DNA of 64,000 bases from NCBI RefSeq assembly GCF_009914755.1, contig NC_060928.1; one strand, given 5' to 3'. The position numbers and the translations under genes are program-made. The stretch comes from the human T2T-CHM13v2.0 reference genome, Homo sapiens. Shown here piece by piece: positions 55,103-64,000 of this stretch. The notes under the pieces are model-generated. The model saw nothing but the letters and a program-made list of their open reading frames with translations, made no database searches and had not been told where the DNA came from. How positions within the stretch are numbered: the first letter of the stretch is position 1; each line of letters opens with the position of its first letter.

Positions 55103-56810
55103 TTTTTTAAGATTCAGGGGGTTCGTATGGAGGTGTGTTACATGAATATATTGCATAATGGTGAGGTTTGGGTTTCTAGTGTACCCATCACTCAAATAGT
55201 AAACATTGTTCCCAATAGATAATTTTCCAACCATCACCCCACTTCCATTCTGTTCCCTTTTGAAGTCCCCTGTGCCTATTATTTCCATCTTTATGCCCAT
55301 GTGTACCCATTGTTTAACTTCTGCCTATTAAGTGAGAACATGCAGTATTTGATTTTCTGTTTCCGAGTTATTTCACTTAAGATAATGGGCTCCAACTCCA
55401 TCCATGTTGCTGCAAATTACATGATTTCATTCTTTTTATGGCTGCATAGCATTCCATGGTTTATATATCCCACATTTTCTTTATCCAATAAACGGTTGAT
55501 AGACACCTTAGGTTGATTTCATCACTTTACTATTATGAATATTGCTGTGGTAAACATACAAGTGCAGGTATCCTCTTTAAAAAATGGTTTCTTTTCCTTT
55601 GGCATATACCCAGTAGTGGGATTTCTGGGTTGAATGATAGTTCTATTTTTAATCCTTTGAGAAATCTTCACACCGTTTTCCATAGACATTGTACTAATTT
55701 ACACTCCCATCAACAGTGTATATGCATTTTCTTTTCCTGCATCCATGCGAACATCTGTTATTTTTTTTTACTCTTCAATAATCCATTCTGCTTGATGTAA
55801 GATGATATCTCACTGTGGTTTTAATTTGTATTTCTCTAATGATTAGTGATGTTGAGCATTGTTTTCATATGTTTGTTGGTAACTTACAGATTTTCTTTTG
55901 AGAAATGTTTATGTCCTTAGCCTACCTTTTAATGAGGCTATTTGTTTCTTTCTTGTTGAATTTTTGAGTTCCTTGTAGATTCTGGATATTAGTCTCTTGT
56001 CAGAGGCATAATTTATAAATATTTTCTCCCATTCTGCAGGTTGTCTGTTCACTCTGTTGACTATTTATTTTGCTGTGCAGAAGCTTTTTAGTTTAAGTCC
56101 CATTTGTCTATTTTTGTTTTTGTTGCATTTGCTTTGGGATATCAGTCATAAATGCTTTGCCTGAACCAATGTCCAGAAGAGTTTTTTTCTAGGTTTTTTT
56201 TCTAGGACTTCTATAGTTTCAGGTCTTATTTAAATCTCTAATCCTTCTTGAGTTAATTTTTGTATATGTTGAGAAATATGAGTTCAGTTTCTGCATATGG
56301 GTAGTCAATTTTCCCAGCACCGTGTATTGAAAAACATGGGTGCATGTTTTTGTTGACTTTGTTGAAGACCAGCTGGTTCTAGGAATGTGGCTTTTTTATG
56401 AGGTTCTCTATTCTATTCCATTGATCTATGTGTTTGTCTTTGTACCAGTACCATGCTGTTTTAGTTACTATAGCCTTGTATTATAATTTGAAGTTAGAGA
56501 ATGTGATGCCTCCAGCTTCATTCTTTTTGCTTAGGATTGCTTTGGCTATTCAGGTTCTTTTTTTGGTTCCATATGAACTTTGGGATTGTTTTTCTAACTC
56601 TGTGAAGAATGACATTGGCAATTGGATAGGAATTATATTGAATCTGTAGATTTCTTTGTGCAGTATGATCATTTTAACAGTATCAATTCTTCCAATCCAT
56701 GAGCATGGAATGTTTTTCCATTCGTTTGTGTCATCCATAATTTCCTTCATCAGTATTTTGTAGTTCTCCTTGGAGAGATCTTTTATCTCCTTAGTTAAAT
56801 GCATTCCTAG

Positions 56811-56845
<35 letters not shown>

Positions 56846-57895
56846 TACTGTAAATGTGATTGAGGTTTTTGGTTTTTGGGGTTTTTTTTAAGCACAGTTT
56901 CACTCTGTGACCCAGGCTAGAGTGCAGTGGTGCAATAATGGGTCACTGTAGCCTCAACCTCCCAGGGACAAGTGATCTTCCTACCTCAGCCCCCTGAGTA
57001 GCTGGGCCTACAGGCACTCACCACCACACCAAACTAATTTTCTTCTTGTAGAGATGGAAGTCTCTACAAGAGACTTGCCCAGGCAAGTCTCAAACTCCTG
57101 GGTTCAAGCAAACCTCCACCTTAGCCTCCCAAAATGTTGAGATTACAGACAAGAGTCACCGTGCCCAGCAGAATTGAGTTTTTGATTTGGTTCTCAGCTT
57201 GAAAGTTATTAGTATATAGAAATGCTATTGATTTTTATACATTGATTTCTTATCCTGAAACTTGACTGAGGTTGTCTATGAAGTCTAGGAGTCTTTTGAA
57301 AGAGTCTTTAGGGTTTTCTAGGTATTAAATTACATCATCAGTAAACAGAGATGATTTGACTTCTTCCTTTCCCATATGGAAGCATTTTATTTCTTTCTCT
57401 TGCCTGATTGTTCTGGCTAGCACTTTCATTACTATATTGAATAGAAGTGGTGAGAGTGGACATCCTTGTATCATTCCAACTCATAGGAGAAATGCTTTCA
57501 ACTTTTCCTCATTCAGTATGATGTTGGCTATAAGATTGTCATATATGGCTCTTATCATTTTGAGGTATGTTCCTTGAATGCCTAGTTTGGTGAGGGTTTT
57601 TATCATAAAAGGATGTTCGATTTTACAGAATGCTTTTTCTGCATGTATTGAGATGATCATATGGTTTTTGTCTTTATTCTGTTTATATGGTGAAACACAT
57701 TTATTGATTTGCATATGTTGAACCATCCTTGCACCCTTAGAATTAACTGCAGTTTATTGTGATGTATTATCTTTTTGATGCACTGTTGGATTTGGTTTGC
57801 TAGCATTTTGATGTGAATTTTTGCATCTATGTTCATCGGGGTGTTTGCCTGTATTTTTTTTTTTTTTGGTCATGTCCTTTTTTTGCTTGTGTACT
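55103..57895 (-). mobile_element. L1PB4-like LINE-1 (3'UTR and ORF2 RT to C-terminus)
   Basis: ttacatgaatatattgcataatggtgaggtttggg 3' end; ORF2 remnants ([15 protein letters not shown]; [16 protein letters not shown]). Confidence 0.85.
56864..57168 (-). mobile_element. AluJ inside the L1PB
   Basis: gtcactgtagcctcaacctccc J diagnostics; TSD attgag(g)ttttt. Confidence 0.9.
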
Positions 57896-58047
57896 GGTTT
57901 ATTGTCTAGTCTTCTGCCTTCTACTCTTGCCCCTCTACAATCAATTATCCCCACAGCAGAAGGTGAACTTTTAAAGACTCATGTCACTCTCTTGCTTATA
58001 AACCTAATGGCTTTTTGTAGTAGCCAGCCTTCAAGATGGCTCCAAGG

Positions 58048-58523
58048 AAGGCCTATGTTTAGCCTCCTTAAGGAAAAGAAATGGGCTGGGTGCAGTGGCT
58101 CACAAGTATAATCACAGCACTTTGCAAGGCTGAGACAGGAGTATGGCTTGAGCTCAGGAGTTCAAGACCAGCCTGGGCAACAAAGTAAGACCCCTGTCTC
58201 TACCAAAAAAAAAAAAAAAAAAAAAGCCAACCAGGAAAGAATTTTATGTTCTGCCAAAACAAGCTTTAGAAATGAAGGAGAAGTAAAGTCTTTGCAAGGC
58301 CGGAAAATATTAAGAGAATTCATCATCATGAGACCAGCCCTACAAGAAATGCTCAAAGTTATTCTAAACATGGAAACAAAAGGACAATACTCACCAACAC
58401 AAAAGCACACATGAGTAGAAAGCTCACAGATCCTAAAAAACAATTATACAATTGAGACTCCAAGGCAACCAGCTAACAACACTATGACAGAAACAAAATC
58501 TCACATATTAATATTAACCTTGA
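58048..58523 (+). mobile_element. L1PB ORF1 3' end and ORF2 start (5' part of the 55103 element, inverted), with FLAM_C at 58083-58225
   Basis: Peptide SFRNEGEVKSL...LREFIIMRPALQEMLK; ORF2 start atgacagaaacaaaatctcacatattaatattaaccttga. Confidence 0.8.
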
Positions 58524-58524
58524 C

Positions 58525-59870
58525 TCTTACATTGATTTGGGTAATATTTTTATCTTAACAATATTTAGTGATCTAATCCATGAACATTAGATTAAGATGT
58601 TTTCTAATTACTCAGGTCTTCTTTAGTTGATTTCCACAATATTTTGTAGTTTTCATGTTAAAAGTCTCATATTTGTTTTATTAAGCTTATTTCTAATTAT
58701 TTTTTAAATTTTTGATGGCATTATAAATGGAATTGTTTTCTTAATTTTATTTTTGGACTTTTCATTGTTAGTGCATAGGAATAAAATTTATCTTTGTATG
58801 TCAGTCTTATATCCTGCAACCTTGCTGAGCTCATAAGTTCTTTTGTGGGTTTATTAGAATTTTCTACATATAAGATAATGCTGTCTGAGAATAGCTAGCA
58901 CTTTCAGCATTATGTTGAATTAGTGGTGAGAGCAGACATCCTTGCCTTGTTCCTGATCTTAGCAGAATATCATTCTTTTTTTTACCATTGAGTATGATGT
59001 TAGCTGTCAATTTTTTGTAAATGCCTTATCAGTTTGAGGAAGTCCCCTTCTATTTCTAGTTCGATACATGTGTTTATTATGAAAGGGTGCTGGATTTCAT
59101 CAGATACTTTTTCTTCATGTTTTGAGATGATCATGTGATTATTGTCCTTTATCTTATTAATATGGTATATTACATTAATTTATTTTTCTGATGTTAAAAA
59201 AACAAACTTGTGGGTTTTTTGTTTGTTAAATCCTACGTGGTCAAGTTGTGTAATCCTTGTTTAAATATGTTCTTGAATTCACTTGACTAGAGTTTTCTTG
59301 AGGATTGTTGCATGTATGTTTATAGGGAGATTGATCCATAGTTTTTTGTGATTTCTCTGTGTGGCTTTGGTCACAGGATAATATTGGCCTTATAGAATAT
59401 GTTAGAGAGTATTTCCTTCTCTTCTACTCTTTGGAAGAACTTATGAAGTGTTGGAATTAATCTTTTTAAAATGGCTAGAATTTGATGGGACATCTCATCT
59501 GGGCCTGAGGTTTCTTTTTATGTAAGGTTTCAAAATTACTAAGTCAATCTTTTTTTCTTGTTATAAGTCTATGTATTAATACATGTTCTAATTGTTATTC
59601 AGTCAGTTTAGGTAGTTTGTATTTTATAGAAATTTCTCCAGTTTGTATAGATAATCTATAGATAATCAGTTATTCACAATATTTCTTTGTAATCCTCTTT
59701 ATTTCTGTAAGGTCACTATTAACGTTCTCTCTTTCATTCCTGACTTTAGTAATTTGAGTCTTCACCCTTTTGTTCTTGCCAATCTAGCTAAAGTTTTTCA
59801 ATTTTGTAGACCTTTTCAAAAAGCTAACTTTTGTTTTGTTAGTTTTTTTCTATTGTTTTTGTGTTCTCAT
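58525..59870 (-). mobile_element. Old L1M ORF2 fragment
   Basis: gtggtgagagcagacatccttgccttgttcctgatctt; tgagtatgatgttagctgt; ttgagatgatcatgtg. Confidence 0.75.
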
Positions 59871-62800
59871 TGGGAGAAGCTCAGAGACTCCAAACTTTGC
59901 CCTTCAAGAGAGATCCAGATATACAACATCACAATGTATATAGCACTAGAGAATTAGCAATCAATCTATTATGGTTACTCCTCACAGCTTGTATATGAGG
60001 TGAAATCTAAAGAATTTGTTTTGATCTGCTCAGAGGTCAAAAAAGATTTTTTAGAAGTCAATGGGAGAAATGAATTTCCATTCCTAACTTCATTCCATGC
60101 ATCCTGAATGCTCCCAGTTTGTAACAGTTAAATATTTCCAGTGGGAATCCTTGTTCACTTCAAAGTAATAATTTCTCCAGACAATGGCTATAAAGCTCCT
60201 CCTAATAAAAATGTAGTCCCATCCACCACTTAAGATAAATTTAACATGAGACAAAGTTTTAATTTAAGATTACCAGGTGCATATTTTAACAGTAGGAGCC
60301 AATACACAAAATCTGTGGTGCTGAGAAAATAACTGAAACTGTGATTATCCTTGAAAAAATATTAGCATGGTCACACTTTTTGGCATAACATGTGTTTTTA
60401 ATTATCTTACCCATTCACAGACTATCTCTCTGCAGAGTTCATAAGAATTTTTATGACAAAATGCTATCATACTTGCACCTACAGCTTTTGGCTTGCTCTC
60501 GTACTCTGATTCCTGAATTGTTAATTAAAACTCTGAAATTTTGTCAGGAGACTGGAACATTTATTCAGCATTTACTGTATGCATATGGGATATTGGATTA
60601 GGCACAATAAGAAAGAAACTTTAAATAAATCAAACACTTCAACAATAAATGTAGTGTTTTGGGGAGATGGTGTACTGGAGGATGGATTCAAGATGTGCTT
60701 CTCTCCAACTACAAAAAAGGAAAAAGTTTGTAATCCATGGAAGCATCCTAGAACTGTTAAAAGTATATTAAATCTATGAATGCTGTGATACATAAGAACT
60801 TGTTTTATTTGTTTCTTCAACAACATGAAAAATACAAATTGTTCTTGGAAATAGAATAAAAACGCAAGGAAACTAGTTGTACTTTGCTATGACAACTCAC
60901 AATGAAACTTCCTTTGAAACACATTGTGAAAATAACTAGCATTACAACTTCTGACAAGGCTGTGTCCCCTAGTCCTTATTGGCTCCTTCCCTAATCTCCA
61001 AATATTTTCATCTCCTGTGCCCAGGATTGTCCCTAGTGTCAACACACATCCCTGGAAGAACTTATTTACAATGCACATTCTTGCTTCAATGCTGTTAATA
61101 TGGTATAGATCCCAGATTCTGCATTTTAAACAAGTATCCATATTTTTTCTTTATGCTGGTAGAACTAGGACCACACTTTCAGAAGCTTGGACACATTGTG
61201 TTTCTGTTCTGTGCAAGGCATAATCTATCCTGGAGAATCTTAAAATTTAGTCAGAGTCAAAACACAGTAACAAAACAAAACAACCTTTGAAGAAAGAGAC
61301 AGCAATATTCATTCATTCAACACAATTTATCAAGTGCCTACTATGAATCTAGGAGTTTACCAGAAAAATAATAGGGTGTTTAAACTTTTCTTGTTTCCAG
61401 TTTGAGGTTTCAAGATGTGGATACCACATTTTAAAGTGAGACCTGAAACCATCAGGCAGGACTTGCAATAGAAGGTTGTGGGAAACTGGAATTTTCCCAT
61501 AGCTGATTGCCAATCCTCAGCCTTTGAGGCTGAGGAAAGATTTGGAGGTGTGAGAAAGAGTGTCCAAGAGAATAGCTGGTGGGCTGTGTGTCCCACCCTC
61601 TTTTATGGGAATGGAAAGGGAATCTTCCTTTTTTACTGAAAATCAATACAGAGTGACTCTAAGGTAGGTTAATATTGGTCCCCTACAGTTGGGGGACAAG
61701 GTGGACTGGTTTCTGACTAATGACTGAGGAATCCGCAGGGTGGGAGGAGAATATCTGGTTTGCCAGAGGGCTTTTCCCATCATACTGCTCTGCCTTTTCT
61801 GCCAAGGGGTGTTCTTTGTCCTGACTGAGGTTCATGACATTTTTCAACTAAGGGCCACAAAGTGATTAATTGTTGAACTCCTCAACACCCCGGTGAGGCA
61901 GTTAGGTATCATTATCCCTAATGTCCAGCTAGACAAACACAGAAGGTTGGCTGCACTGACCTAAATCACACAGGGGGCACGTTTAGGAAGAGAAATGGGC
62001 TGTAGCCTCCTGAAGCCAGAGTGAGAACTTGGTCTGATCTCCCTAGGAAGATTCCCAGTTGGCCGAAATGTTCAGCATGGCTCCTTGAAGTGCAACAATT
62101 TGTGGGGCATTTTGCAATTGTCAGTGTCTATGAACTGAGAGCAGCTGTGTGATAAAATATGAGGGAGGGAAAATTTTTCTAAAATACCCAGTTTCCAATT
62201 TGTGCCTGACTGGCAGTCAGAGAAAATTGTGCTGATTTAATTGGCAAGGAAAATGTGCACCCAAGGCACTTGCTGGGGTTTCCTTGCAAAGAAGGAAACC
62301 CCAGAAAGAATATATATATATATACATATATATATAAAATTATCATAGTATTAATATATTAACATAATATATTAAATAAATATTTATTTTTCAATTAAAA
62401 AATATATGTTTTGAATGAGTTCTACACACCTTAGCATGCAAGCCTTTGGCAGCAACAAACTGTTCTCAGAGCTCTCTAGAAATGCTGCCTTATGCAACAG
62501 ATCCTTAATAACTACAAAACCATTCAATTGAACAAACACTGAATTAGCCTGGGAGCAGATTTGGGAGGTAGGTGGACAAAGAGATAAATATAATACAGTC
62601 CCCACCCTCTGGAAGATTACAACCTATCCTGAGAGGTGGATCTGGAAGGTAAAACACACAACCAAATAAACAAAATGCAAAAACAGAAGTTTACAACCTA
62701 AGCATTGATAAACATAACAGAGTACCACTCTAACTGGGGTTAGGTTCTAAAATCAGAGAATAAATAGAAAATCTCATTTATTCAAAATTACCCTTGAAAG

Positions 62801-63198
62801 TTTCATTAACCTGTCCATAAAGTGTTACATATATGGGTCATAAATATAAGTCTGTGCAATAATTCTTGTGTCCTTTAAAATTTTAAGAACTACTGGAGTT
62901 AAAATGTAAGGAGCATAAACAAAGGGCATATGCTTTGTGTGAACATTCAAACTTGCCTACCAATGAGATAATTATTGAAGACCTAGCTGGGAATGGAGGT
63001 TGGAGTGTAAAATCATATAGTGCATCTGCTTGGTTTTTCTGCATCAGAAACGACCCCAAAACTCAGTGGCTTAATATAACAATCTTGCCTGGGCTTGGCT
63101 GTGCCAGTTCAGCTTTGCTCCACTGTTTCCCCATTCTCCCTGTAATACTATTGAGCTATCCTGGGCATGTTTTTTTCCATGGCAATTACAGAAGCTCA

Positions 63199-63497
<299 letters not shown>

Positions 63498-63547
63498 TCA
63501 ACAAAACCCCAAGACCTTTCACTCAAGCACCTTTTAAGACTTTGCTT

Positions 63548-63862
<315 letters not shown>

Positions 63863-64000
63863 TCACACTGGCTATGACTAAAGGAAGTCACCTGACAAAG
63901 ACCAAAATCAAGTGATGGGGAGATAAGTTCTACATCTTTAGTGATTGGAACTGTAAAATCTCATGGCAAGCTGTATAGACACAAAGGAGGGTGGATTCAG

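Noticed and set aside
61965-61981. CTCF-like cacagggggcac
   Set aside because: The 5' half of the motif mismatches; too weak to call.

Overview
This is primate (human-like) non-coding genomic DNA, either intronic or intergenic, and it is dominated by interspersed repeats: Alu/FLAM SINEs, LINE-1 of many ages, L2/MIR, ERV1 and MaLR/ERVL LTRs, and hAT, Tigger and piggyBac DNA-transposon relics. No multi-codon host gene is evident. The recognisable protein fragments in the ORF track are decayed LINE-1 ORF1/ORF2 pieces. Notable structure: (1) a 27-nt, frame-preserving microexon candidate on the minus strand (48388-48414) with strong splice signals in repeat-free sequence; (2) a ~620-bp inversion with a ~1.5-kb deletion (57900-58523), inferred because L1PB, MLT1F and L2 fragments all become colinear when it is flipped back; (3) a 14-kb nested transposon stack (20-34 kb) that includes a twin-primed young L1PA2/3 with a 16-bp target-site duplication (TSD); (4) an inverted L2 segment ending in a pre-miRNA-sized hairpin; (5) an 87-bp tandem duplication. 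Repeat subfamily names come from recall of consensus sequences rather than a database run, and boundaries of old repeats are approximate. I see no evidence of a new enzymatic or CRISPR-like system.
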